Assembly (NCBI GenBank): GCA_017504625.1
Contig: JAFVQU010000007.1
Location: forward strand, 57,275-121,274
Direction: 5' to 3'
Source of the DNA: Clostridia bacterium
GTDB taxonomy: Bacteria; Bacillota; Clostridia; Oscillospirales; CAG-272
Length of the DNA stretch: 64,000 nucleotides
Shown: piece by piece, positions 55,340 to 63,927 of the stretch
Layout of the letters: the number at the start of each line of letters is the position of its first letter
How positions within the stretch are numbered: the first letter of the stretch is position 1
The notes under the pieces: generated by a model
Told to the model about the DNA's origin: nothing
The model's database searches: none
Seen by the model: only the letters and a program-made list of their open reading frames with translations
Position numbers and translations under genes: made by a program

Positions 55340-55357
55340 ATAATTCTACCTCCAATC

Positions 55358-56806
55358 TTAGAATCTGAAATAAAGGAAGGGGCTGAACGAGCCGTCAACG
55401 AAGTAAGACGTTACTATAAGAAGCATCGCTACAACGAATATAGGCTCAAGTATATCTATTATAAGCTTACCTGTCTTAAAGCTCTTGATCTTAAGAACTG
55501 TGTTCTTAACCACGGGTGTCGAGCCGATAAGCGCGAAGATAAGCACGAAACCGTAGCTCAAGAGATAATATCCGGTTGTTTCCGACCAGAAAGGAATTCC
55601 TCCTGCGCCAAACATACCGCCGATATCCGAGATAGCTCCCGACATGCCGTTTGCGCTGAAAAGCACAAAGCTTATAAGGATAATAAATACAACGTAGATG
55701 TGTGAGAAGACTGCGGGAATCTTCTTGAGAATATTTCCAAGGAAGAACTTTTCAAGCATGAGAAGTGCCGCAAAAAGAAGTCCCCAGAAGATAAATGTCC
55801 AGTCAGCACCGTGCCAGAAGCCCGTAAGGAACCATACTGCAAGAGTATTGAATATCCAACGGAATTTGGACACTCTGTTACCGCCGAGCGGAATGTAAAC
55901 GTAGTCACGGAACCAGGTTCCAAGCGACATGTGCCATCTTCTCCAGAATTCCGCAACGCTCTTGGAAATAAAGGGATAGTTAAAGTTCTCAAGGAACTGG
56001 AATCCGAATATTCTGCCAAGACCGATTGCCATATCGGAATAACCCGAGAAGTCAAAATAAAGCTGGAATGAAACCGCGATAGCGTATATCCAATACATAA
56101 CGACGGTCTTCTCGTCAAGTCCCATAAGAGTTCTTGCAAGACCGCCAAGCGTATCCGCAATAAGAACCTTCTTTGAAAGACCGATAACAAATCTTGTTGC
56201 TCCGTATGAGAAATTAGAGAAGGTATGCTTTCTCTCGGAAAGCTCTGCTTCTACTGTCGTGTAACGGACGATAGGTCCTGCTATGAGCTGAGGGAAAAGT
56301 GATACGTAGGTTGCAAGACGGATAAAGCTCTTCTGCACCTTTGCCTCGCCGCGATATACGTCAATGGTATAGCTGAGGATCTGGAAGGTATAGAAGCTTA
56401 TACCGATAGGGAGCGCGAGCGAGAGAAGCTTTATCTCACTGTGCGCGATTGCGTTTATATTTGTAATGAAAAAGTCTGCGTATTTGAAAAATCCGAGCGA
56501 GCCAAGGCTTATGATCACGCTTACCCAAAGGGCAACCTTAGACCATACTGTACCGCGGAACTTGTCGACGAAAAGACCTGCAATATAGTTGACGAGTATA
56601 GTCGAAACCATAAGTATCGTGTATATCGGTTCGCCGTAAAAATAGAAGAACAAGCTCGCGATAAGAAGCACAAAGTTCTTCGCTTCAAAATAATAATATT
56701 CTCCGTTTGATTTCTTAAATATTTTGATCTTGAACGGCATAATAAAATATACCGCAAGAACACCTACTAAAAAGTAGAAAAGAAAGCTTATGCTTGAAAA
56801 TAGCAA
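55358..56806 (-). CDS. MBOAT family O-acyltransferase (AlgI/DltB/PatA-like)
   Basis: The 482-aa polytopic product contains FWRRWHMSLGTWFRDYVYIPLGGNR, which includes the conserved MBOAT His. Confidence 0.88.
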   Translation of the reverse strand: MLFSSISFLFYFLVGVLAVYFIMPFKIKIFKKSNGEYYYFEAKNFVLLIASLFFYFYGEPIYTILMVSTILVNYIAGLFVDKFRGTVWSKVALWVSVIISLGSLGFFKYADFFITNINAIAHSEIKLLSLALPIGISFYTFQILSYTIDVYRGEAKVQKSFIRLATYVSLFPQLIAGPIVRYTTVEAELSERKHTFSNFSYGATRFVIGLSKKVLIADTLGGLARTLMGLDEKTVVMYWIYAIAVSFQLYFDFSGYSDMAIGLGRIFGFQFLENFNYPFISKSVAEFWRRWHMSLGTWFRDYVYIPLGGNRVSKFRWIFNTLAVWFLTGFWHGADWTFIFWGLLFAALLMLEKFFLGNILKKIPAVFSHIYVVFIILISFVLFSANGMSGAISDIGGMFGAGGIPFWSETTGYYLLSYGFVLIFALIGSTPVVKNTVLKIKSFKTGKLIIDILEPIFVVAMLLIVTSYFVDGSFSPFLYFRF

Positions 56807-56843
56807 TGTTTTTTCTCCTTATACCGTTATGTTTTTACAAATT

Positions 56844-56867
56844 TGGCGTAGCCGTATGGCTACGCCA
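56844..56867 (-). terminator. Hairpin between the lipoprotein gene and the MBOAT gene (possible partial terminator or processing site)
   Basis: A 10-bp perfect stem (tggcgtagcc / ggctacgcca) encloses a 4-nt loop. The downstream U-tract is weak. Confidence 0.4.
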
Positions 56868-56886
56868 TAAATATTTGTCCTATATA

Positions 56887-57528
56887 TTAGAGGATAACGC
56901 CCTCACAGAGAACAGTTGCATTCTCGTATGTTGCTGCGATAGCAGTCTTCATAACGTTAACCTGAGCCTCAAGACCGAATCCTGCGAATATGTAGTCACC
57001 AACCTGGATTGCAAAGTAGATCTCAGGGAAACCGCAGAACCACATGTTGTTAGTTACAGCAGACTCAAAGTCAGATGCAATGGTTGCAACGTCTGCAGAG
57101 TTCTTTACATGGTAAACAAAGGTAGTGAAGTTGTTTGCGTTCATACCGGTGAAAAGAGCTGCGTCGTCAATCTTCTCAAGGTTTGCCTCGGAAATAAGTG
57201 TTCCGGACATAAGAGCGCCGATAGCATACTCGTTATCAAGAGGAACAACCTTTGCTGCGCCGATGCAGTGTGTATCTTCACTCTCACCATAGTATCCACC
57301 GTTGAAATACGCCTTAACCTCTTCAACAGGCATTTCAAAGAGGGGAGCAGCCTCTGTAAGGAATGCGTCAACAGTAGCATTGAGCATATCTTCAGCAGAC
57401 TTTACTTCAACAACAGTGCTGGGTGCTTCAGTGGTAGTTTCTTCATCAGAAGTATTGTTAGTGTTGCCGCAAGCAACGAGTGTGAGGAGCATCATAGATG
57501 CAAGGATAAGTGCAAGAATCTTTTTCAT
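56887..57528 (-). CDS. Lipoprotein (possibly DUF4358-type) associated with MBOAT/DHHW
   Basis: A signal peptide with lipobox LVAC-G (MKKILALILASMMLLTLVACGN) is followed by a Ser/Thr/Glu-rich linker. Confidence 0.65.
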   Translation of the reverse strand: MKKILALILASMMLLTLVACGNTNNTSDEETTTEAPSTVVEVKSAEDMLNATVDAFLTEAAPLFEMPVEEVKAYFNGGYYGESEDTHCIGAAKVVPLDNEYAIGALMSGTLISEANLEKIDDAALFTGMNANNFTTFVYHVKNSADVATIASDFESAVTNNMWFCGFPEIYFAIQVGDYIFAGFGLEAQVNVMKTAIAATYENATVLCEGVIL

Positions 57529-57597
57529 TTTAGTTCTCTCTTTCTTATTATGTTTATTTTTTTACTTACTTATCGAGGGCGTGTTTTTACCCTCCGT

Positions 57598-57631
57598 TTA
57601 TAATACAGAGAAAATCGAAAAAGGTGACCGA
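57598..57631 (-). promoter_or_regulatory. Bipartite motif copy B (TCGGTCACC-N16-GTATTATAA) upstream of the lipoprotein-MBOAT-DHHW genes
   Basis: The minus-strand sequence is TCGGTCACCTTTTTC...GTATTATAA. Both 9-mers and the spacing are identical to copy A at 58989-59022. Confidence 0.65.
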
Positions 57632-57652
57632 CTTTCTCAAATATTTTTCAAA

Positions 57653-58291
57653 TTATTTTTCAAAAGGAGCAAATTCAACGATACTCCAGTTGCCATTATC
57701 GTCAGGTGTCAAGCGGATTATCATCTCTCCTGTGCTCTGATCAATAAAAGTGTTCAAAATATCGTTATCGTAGAATGCAACGTCTGCTTCAAAGGTTTCG
57801 TTGGTCTTTTCAAGGTCAACCTTAAGGTCATCCGACTTCTCGATAAGACCGTCTGCCGTTATTGTAACCTTGCAGCGTCTTGTGACACCGTCTGCCTTCT
57901 CAACATCAGTAAGGCTGACAAAGCTTATGTTGTCAATGTTTCCATTTATAACGATATATCCGTTTTCAAATTCACGCTCAAAAACAAGCATTGCCGCTCC
58001 GTCTGTCGATGCTTCTGTTACCGCAAGCTCAGCAAGAGTTCTGACTGCGGGGGTATTTACGTCGTTGCCGCCCGCGTTACCGTCAAGTCGCGCTATTCCC
58101 ATTCCCATAAAGAACACAAGCACGAAAGCGCAAACCGCACCCGCAAGTCGCATTCCAAACGAGTAGGATGGCAGGAAGAAGCGTCGCTGCTGACGTTCCT
58201 TTTGCTCTGCGACCTTATTTATCGTCGAGCTTATAAGCTCCTCTCTCGGTCTTATTCTGCCGAGCGAAGCCTTCAAATCATTTTTCTTCAT
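57653..58291 (-). CDS. Putative anti-sigma factor (single-pass membrane protein downstream of the ECF sigma gene)
   Basis: The protein has a short cytoplasmic N-terminus, a TM helix (LAGAVCAFVLVFFMGMGIA) and an ectodomain of about 140 aa. No zf-HC2 motif is present, so the call rests on position only. Confidence 0.5.
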   Translation of the reverse strand: MKKNDLKASLGRIRPREELISSTINKVAEQKERQQRRFFLPSYSFGMRLAGAVCAFVLVFFMGMGIARLDGNAGGNDVNTPAVRTLAELAVTEASTDGAAMLVFEREFENGYIVINGNIDNISFVSLTDVEKADGVTRRCKVTITADGLIEKSDDLKVDLEKTNETFEADVAFYDNDILNTFIDQSTGEMIIRLTPDDNGNWSIVEFAPFEK

Positions 58292-58379
58292 AATATATAA
58301 ACCGATTCCCTTTCTTTCGGTAAAAATCAACTTTACAAAAATATGGGCGCCGAATAAGGATTTTTAACCGTCATTTACC

Positions 58380-58973
58380 TTATTCGGCGTCATTGTCTGC
58401 TAACTCGAGTTTTAATTTCTGTCGTGCCCGCGACAGTCTTTTTTTTACGTTAACCTCGGAGGTTTGCAGAACCTGTGAGATCTCACGAATGGACATTTCT
58501 TCATAATAATACAGCAGTATCACCTCGCGCATATTCTGCGGAAGCTTAAGCACCTCGGCGTAAACATCAGGCCCGTCACCGAGGTCACACTCCTCGGTTG
58601 TTTCATCAGGAATCTGCGACATTATCGCATCGTCCAGTGAATCGATATTTTTTCGCCACGGCGCCGTGAAATGCGAATTACAGCAGTTGATCGTGACACG
58701 TATTAGCCACGCCTTTCTGTGCTCCTCATTATCAAAGGGCTTCGTGTTCATGACGAGCTTCAGGAATACCTCCTGAAATATATCGTCTGCGTCATGTGAT
58801 GACTGCGTTTTTGTCAACGCTATGCGATAGACCATGTCGGAGTAATACCGCACGACCTCGTCGGTGACCTCCATCGGTAAATCGGGAGGGGTTCCCTTCG
58901 GCACGTGCCTGTATATATTACTCATTTCAGAGTCTTTTTCGCGAGAAACGTCGTATGAATCTAAATGCTCCAT
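58380..58973 (-). CDS. ECF-type RNA polymerase sigma factor
   Basis: Region 2 (DADDIFQEVFLKL and AWLIRVTINCCNSH) and region 4 (REVILLYYYEEMSIREISQVLQTSEVNVKKRLSRARQKL) are present. I prefer ATG 58973 (AAGGA RBS) because GTG 58988 abuts the upstream promoter motif. Confidence 0.85.
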   Translation of the reverse strand: MEHLDSYDVSREKDSEMSNIYRHVPKGTPPDLPMEVTDEVVRYYSDMVYRIALTKTQSSHDADDIFQEVFLKLVMNTKPFDNEEHRKAWLIRVTINCCNSHFTAPWRKNIDSLDDAIMSQIPDETTEECDLGDGPDVYAEVLKLPQNMREVILLYYYEEMSIREISQVLQTSEVNVKKRLSRARQKLKLELADNDAE

Positions 58974-58988
58974 TTTGTGTTCCTTCAC

Positions 58989-59022
58989 TTATAATACAAA
59001 TTTCCTTGAAAAAGGTGACCGA
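58989..59022 (-). promoter_or_regulatory. Bipartite motif copy A (TCGGTCACC-N16-GTATTATAA) immediately upstream of the ECF sigma gene
   Basis: The minus-strand sequence is TCGGTCACCTTTTTC...GTATTATAA, with the same 16-nt spacing as copy B. Confidence 0.65.
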
Positions 59023-59252
59023 AAAAAATAAAAAATTTCAAAAAATATTTTTTTCGGCGATTTTTTAGCGTGTCGTATGCTCATTCGTGGCGTGCAAATC
59101 CGCCCTCAACTAACCATACAACTTATGTATTATAATATATTATCGGTAAAAAGTCAAGCATATATATTTATTTTAACGATAGTATTGAAAAATAAAGAAA
59201 AATATGATAGAATAAATCTATTGAATTATTTTACTGTTCGGAGGCAACGAAA

Positions 59253-60131
59253 ATGAAGCTTACGAAAATATTTGAATCAGAAAGACCGCATCTTTCCTTT
59301 GAGGTATTTCCCCCGAAGACCACGACGGCATTTGAAAGCGTCAAGCACGCGACAGAGGAGATAGCAAAGCTCTCACCCTCCTTTATGAGCGTGACCTACG
59401 GCGCGGGCGGCGGCACAAGTCAATACACTCTTGACATAGCTAAACATATAAACGAAGAATACGGAGTACCTACTCTTGCGCATCTCACCTGCGTTTCCTC
59501 AACCAAGGAAACAGTTAAAGATATGATCAACAAGATTATATCCGCAGGGATCGAAAACGTAATGGCTCTACGCGGCGATATTCCCGCTGATAAATTGAAC
59601 GAGGACAGGAGTAAGTGGACATATCACCACGCAATTGATCTTGTGCGCGAGCTTCGTAATTGCGGTGCAGATTTCTGTATCGGCGGCGCGTGCTATCCGG
59701 AAATTCATCCCGAAAGCGCAACTCAGAGCGAAGATATTAAATATTTAAAGGAAAAAGTCGACGCGGGCTGTGATTTTCTCACTACGCAGATGTTCTTTGA
59801 TAATAATCTTCTCTACAATTTCTTATATAAAATTCGTGAGGCGGGTATCACCGTGCCGATCATTCCCGGAATAATGCCGATAACGAACGGCAACCAGATA
59901 GAACGCGCACTAAAGCTCTCGGGCTCGTTTATTCCGCAGAGATTTAAATCACTCGTGGACAAATTCGGCTCCGATCCCGAGGCTATGAAGCAAGCGGGTA
60001 TTGCCTATGCGACCGATCAGATCATAGACCTATACGCAAACGGAATTACAAACGTTCACGTCTATTCGATGAACAAGCCCGACGTTGCCGAGAAGATACA
60101 AGCAAACATATCTGCTATTTTAGGAAAATGA
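59253..60131 (+). CDS. metF: Methylenetetrahydrofolate reductase
   Basis: The 292-aa product has a MetF-like TIM-barrel sequence (SFEVFPPKT and SVTYGAGG). A GGAGG RBS is present. Confidence 0.9.
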   Translation: MKLTKIFESERPHLSFEVFPPKTTTAFESVKHATEEIAKLSPSFMSVTYGAGGGTSQYTLDIAKHINEEYGVPTLAHLTCVSSTKETVKDMINKIISAGIENVMALRGDIPADKLNEDRSKWTYHHAIDLVRELRNCGADFCIGGACYPEIHPESATQSEDIKYLKEKVDAGCDFLTTQMFFDNNLLYNFLYKIREAGITVPIIPGIMPITNGNQIERALKLSGSFIPQRFKSLVDKFGSDPEAMKQAGIAYATDQIIDLYANGITNVHVYSMNKPDVAEKIQANISAILGK

Positions 60132-60733
60132 GCATAATAAAGATAAAAGAATACCCCGCGCCCGAAGTAAATAGGAGTGAGATACTCAGATATATGCAGG
60201 CAAAGGGTGGCGATAGCGCACTTGATGCTCTTATTGAGCGCGGGCTTAAGCTGATTGAGGACAAGCTTTGCTTCAGAGTTTGTTATGCTGAATTCCCTGT
60301 TTCCCTGCGCGATGGCGCGCTTAATCTTGGATTTACCGTGACAGATAGCCGCGATCTTTCAAAATGCCTTAACGGATGCGACCGAATTCTGCTTTTTGCC
60401 GCAACTGTCGGCATTGAGCTTGACAGGCAAATTTTACGATATAGCAGGCTTGAGCCGTCGATGGCTCTCTGCCTCCAGGCAATAGGCTCAGAGCGCGCAG
60501 AGGCGCTTTGTGACGCCTTCTGCGACGATATGGAAATGCAGTATAATGAGCAAGGCTTTTCTCTGCGTCCGCGCTTCAGCGCGGGATACGGAGATCTTCC
60601 ATTATCTTTGCAAGAGGATATAATCAAGACACTTAATACTCCTAAAAACATAGGTGTCAGCTTAAACGAAAGCTTACTGATGTCGCCGTCAAAAAGCGTA
60701 ACGGCGATTATCGGAATTAAAGGTGAAAAATGA
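60128..60733 (+). CDS. Stand-alone methionine synthase reactivation (AdoMet-binding activation) domain protein
   Basis: The 201-aa product contains RPRFSAGYGD and PSKSVTAIIG, as in the MetH C-terminal activation domain. It has 4-nt overlaps with both metF and metH. Confidence 0.75.
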   Translation: MSIIKIKEYPAPEVNRSEILRYMQAKGGDSALDALIERGLKLIEDKLCFRVCYAEFPVSLRDGALNLGFTVTDSRDLSKCLNGCDRILLFAATVGIELDRQILRYSRLEPSMALCLQAIGSERAEALCDAFCDDMEMQYNEQGFSLRPRFSAGYGDLPLSLQEDIIKTLNTPKNIGVSLNESLLMSPSKSVTAIIGIKGEK

Positions 60734-63120
60734 AAATTCTCGATTATTTAAAAGAAAATATACTCTACCTTGACGGCGGTATGGGAACTCTTTTGCAAGC
60801 CGAAGGACTTACGGCTGGCGAGCATCCTGAAAGATGGAATATCACTCACCCCGAGGTTATACAGAGAATACACCGCGACTATTATGACGCGGGATCAAAC
60901 GTCGTATCAACAAATACTTTCGGCGCAAATCTTCTTAAATTTTCACGTGATGAGCTTGAAAATATAATTAAAGCGGCGGTTGAAAATGCAAAGCTTGCAA
61001 AGGAAAGCTCCCGCAACCACGGTGAGAAATATATCGCACTTGATATAGGCCCCTCAGGAAAGATGCTTAAGCCCTATGGCGACCTCGATTTTGAGGATGC
61101 GGTATCTCTTTTCGCTGAAACGGTTAAAATCGGAGTAAAATACGGAGTTGACCTTATATACATTGAAACGATGAGCGACAGCTATGAAACCAAGGCGGCT
61201 TTACTTGCGGCAAAGGAAAGCTGCGACCTCCCCGTTTTCGTATCGAATGCATACGGCTCTGACGGCAGACTTATGACGGGCGCATCGCCCGCGGCTATGG
61301 TTGCTATGCTTGAGGGTATGGGAGCTGATGCCATCGGTGTAAACTGTTCGCTTGGCCCGAAGCAACTCGCGCCCATCGTTGAGGAAATATTAAAATATTC
61401 CTCCCTGCCCGTCATCCTCAAGCCCAACGCGGGACTTCCCGAGGTGATAAACGGCAAAACCGTATACAATATTACCCCCGACGAGTTTGCAAACGAGGTA
61501 AAATCGCTTATTGGCAAAGGCGTGCGTATCGCGGGTGGATGTTGCGGCACGACGCCCGAATATATTGCGGCGGTTACCAATTTAAAGTGTGAAACCCCTC
61601 TGCTCACCGTCAAGAAAAGTCACACCATCGTATCGTCATATACGCACGCGGTAGAAATCGCCGATTCACCTATTCTTATCGGCGAGCGCATTAATCCCAC
61701 GGGTAAGGCAAGATTCAAGCAGGCTCTGCGCGATAACGACCTTGATTATATTCTCAAGGAAGGACTTGACCAGGAAGCGCGCGGAGTTCATATCCTTGAC
61801 GTCAACGTAGGTCTTCCCGACATTGACGAGAGTGAGATGATGACAAGAGTTATTTGTGAGCTTCAGGCTATATGTGATCTTCCGCTTCAGATCGACACCT
61901 CAAGCACCGAGGCTATGGAATCCGCTCTACGTCGATACAACGGCAAGGCAATGATAAACTCGGTCAACGGCAAAGAGGAATCAATGCGCAAGATATTCCC
62001 TCTCGTAAGAAAATACGGCGGCGTTGTTGTTGCTCTTACGCTTGACGAGAACGGCATTCCCGAAACTGCCGATGGCAGAGTCGAAATCGCAAAAAAGATA
62101 CTCTCAACCGCTGCAGAATACGGCATTGACAAGAAAGACATCGTATTTGATACTCTCACAATGACGGTAAGCGCGGATAAGAACGCGGCAAAGGTTACTC
62201 TTGACTCGCTTGAATTTATCACCAAGGAGCTTGGCTGCAAGACCGTGCTTGGCGTTTCAAATATCTCTTTTGGTCTGCCTGCGCGTGATATTATGAATAG
62301 TGTTTTCTTCACCTGTGCTCTTGAGCGCGGGCTTAGTGCGGCAATTATGAATCCCTATTCCGATGAAATGATGAAGGTTTATTATTCCTTCCGCGCTTTA
62401 CATTCTCACGATGAGAATTTTGCTGATTATATTGATTTTTCATCGCGAGTCAGCACACTTACAACAGCCTCCGGCGCAGTAAATGCTGCCGTATCAAGTG
62501 ACGATACCACCTTGCGCGGCGCGATAATCAAAGGGCTTCGCGAAAAGGCACGCGAGCTTTCAGTTGATATGCTCAAGGACAATGCTCCGCTTGAAATCGT
62601 CAAGGAGCATATAATCCCCGCTCTTGACGTGGTCGGCAAGGGCTTTGAGGCAAAGGAAATATATCTCCCCTCTCTTCTTATGAGTGCTGAGGCGGCTAAA
62701 TCAGCGTTTGAGCCTATCAGCGAGGCAATTCTTAAGGCAAAGGTCGCAGACGAGGTTAAAACGACAGTTGTTATGGCAACCGTCAAGGGCGACATTCACG
62801 ATATCGGCAAAAACATCGTTTGCCTGCTCCTTGAAAATTACGGCTTCCGTGTCATCGACCTCGGCCGCGACGTTGAGCCGCAAAGAATTGTTGACGCGGC
62901 ACTTGAAAGTAACGCGGATGTTGTAGGTCTCAGCGCACTCATGACAACGACGGTTCCCGCAATGGAAGAAACTATAAAGTTACTCCGTGAGAAAGCCCCC
63001 AAATGCAAAATAATGGTAGGTGGCGCGGTGCTTACCGAGAGCTATTCCCGTCGTATCGGCGCTGACCACTACGCCCCCGACGCTATGGATGGCGTGAGAT
63101 TTGTTGAGGGGTTGAAATAA
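60730..63120 (+). CDS. metH: Cobalamin-dependent methionine synthase lacking the activation domain (Hcy-binding + pterin-binding + B12-binding modules)
   Basis: The 796-aa product has a homocysteine S-methyltransferase N-terminus with GGCCGTTP, a pterin-binding module, and the B12-binding DxHxxG motif (GDIHDIGKN). Confidence 0.9.
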   Translation: MKILDYLKENILYLDGGMGTLLQAEGLTAGEHPERWNITHPEVIQRIHRDYYDAGSNVVSTNTFGANLLKFSRDELENIIKAAVENAKLAKESSRNHGEKYIALDIGPSGKMLKPYGDLDFEDAVSLFAETVKIGVKYGVDLIYIETMSDSYETKAALLAAKESCDLPVFVSNAYGSDGRLMTGASPAAMVAMLEGMGADAIGVNCSLGPKQLAPIVEEILKYSSLPVILKPNAGLPEVINGKTVYNITPDEFANEVKSLIGKGVRIAGGCCGTTPEYIAAVTNLKCETPLLTVKKSHTIVSSYTHAVEIADSPILIGERINPTGKARFKQALRDNDLDYILKEGLDQEARGVHILDVNVGLPDIDESEMMTRVICELQAICDLPLQIDTSSTEAMESALRRYNGKAMINSVNGKEESMRKIFPLVRKYGGVVVALTLDENGIPETADGRVEIAKKILSTAAEYGIDKKDIVFDTLTMTVSADKNAAKVTLDSLEFITKELGCKTVLGVSNISFGLPARDIMNSVFFTCALERGLSAAIMNPYSDEMMKVYYSFRALHSHDENFADYIDFSSRVSTLTTASGAVNAAVSSDDTTLRGAIIKGLREKARELSVDMLKDNAPLEIVKEHIIPALDVVGKGFEAKEIYLPSLLMSAEAAKSAFEPISEAILKAKVADEVKTTVVMATVKGDIHDIGKNIVCLLLENYGFRVIDLGRDVEPQRIVDAALESNADVVGLSALMTTTVPAMEETIKLLREKAPKCKIMVGGAVLTESYSRRIGADHYAPDAMDGVRFVEGLK

Positions 63121-63126
63121 AAATAA

Positions 63127-63156
63127 AGCGACTGACACGTGTCAGTCGCTTTTTTG
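63127..63156 (+). terminator. Rho-independent terminator of metH
   Basis: The stem agcgactgac / gtcagtcgct with loop acgt is followed by TTTTT. Confidence 0.85.
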
Positions 63157-63186
63157 TATAACGAAAAAGAGTGATAAACCCTCTTT

Positions 63187-63729
63187 TTAAAAATAAAGCT
63201 CCTTGTTTTTTAACAACAGAATTGATACTACAACGGCAACACAAAAGAATACCGAGCATATCGCTATTGTGGTAGAAAGGATAGGCGTAACGATTGCCGT
63301 TACAAAATATGTAGCTATCGGGTACATAACGTTTAAAAGAAGTAACGCGGCAAATAAGCACACTGTCATTTTTGCGCCGGCTTTGTTTCGACGATTAGTT
63401 TTATACCGAGCAATTACCGACAAAATCGAGGTTGATACAAAACCGATAATAAAAAATATGTCAATAAATATAAGCGCAGGATATTCATGCCAATATATCT
63501 CTCTGGCAAGGAAAATTTCATACTCATATTCCATACAATAATGCGAGCACATCAGAGTGATCACAGTACTAATAAAGCTCATAACAATTATCAAAAGGTC
63601 TGCAATATCAATAAGTGCTCTGATGAATCTTGTGTTCTTTTTATGAAGCTTTTTGTTAACGGTACCGCAGATCGGACATACCTCGGTATCATCAGGAAAT
63701 TCATTTCCGCATCTTTTGCATTCAAACAT
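63187..63729 (-). CDS. Hypothetical zinc-ribbon membrane protein
   Basis: An N-terminal CKRCG...CPICG zinc ribbon is followed by 4 TM helices. The gene looks visibly AT-rich. Confidence 0.5.
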   Translation of the reverse strand: MFECKRCGNEFPDDTEVCPICGTVNKKLHKKNTRFIRALIDIADLLIIVMSFISTVITLMCSHYCMEYEYEIFLAREIYWHEYPALIFIDIFFIIGFVSTSILSVIARYKTNRRNKAGAKMTVCLFAALLLLNVMYPIATYFVTAIVTPILSTTIAICSVFFCVAVVVSILLLKNKELYF

Positions 63730-63758
63730 ATCCTATCTCCTATTGGTTTGGTGTCTTA

Positions 63759-63787
63759 ATTATATCATATCTTGCAGTTTATGTCAA
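63759..63787 (-). promoter_or_regulatory. Sigma-A type promoter of the zinc-ribbon membrane protein gene (TTGACA-17-TATAAT)
   Basis: On the minus strand, TTGACA (63787-63782) and TATAAT (63764-63759) are separated by 17 nt. Confidence 0.65.
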
Positions 63788-63805
63788 CAATGGATACAAA
63801 TGCAA

Positions 63806-63878
63806 GAGTGACGGGATTCTGAACCTTTAACTAAATCCTCACAAGCTCGGATTTAGTCGGTGGATTCGAATTACTCCG
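63806..63878 (-). pseudogene. 73-nt tRNA-Pro-derived relic (5' CGGAGT..., 3' GGTTCaGAATCCCGTCACTC) with a non-tRNA core
   Basis: On the minus strand it starts with CGGAGTA, the acceptor strand expected for the neighbouring tRNA-Pro fragment. It ends with a copy of that fragment's T-loop/acceptor: all 19 nt of the fragment segment are identical, with one inserted A. The middle is an 8-bp stem with a 10-nt loop instead of D and anticodon arms. Confidence 0.45.
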
Positions 63879-63889
63879 TGCGTTCGGAC

Positions 63890-63927
63890 AAAAAGATAGA
63901 GGAGGCATATTGCCTCCTCTATCTTTT
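63890..63927. terminator. Bidirectional terminator downstream of the tRNA-Pro fragment
   Basis: The stem gatagaggaggca / tgcctcctctatc with loop tat is flanked by AAAAA and TTTTT. Confidence 0.8.

Noticed and set aside
56794-58300. Two long plus-strand ORFs (56794-57603 at 269 aa and 57302-58300 at 332 aa) lie opposite the lipoprotein and anti-sigma genes.
   Set aside because: Their translations are Cys/Ser/Val-rich with no motifs. They span an intergenic promoter region of the opposite strand. The minus-strand genes have a lipobox signal peptide, RBSs and operon context. I treat the plus-strand ORFs as artefacts.
58989-59252. I expected a SAM (S-box) or cobalamin riboswitch upstream of metF-metH.
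   Set aside because: The region is very AT-rich. It lacks the conserved S-box helices and GA motif and the B12-box (GCCACTG-like). No extended structured leader is visible.
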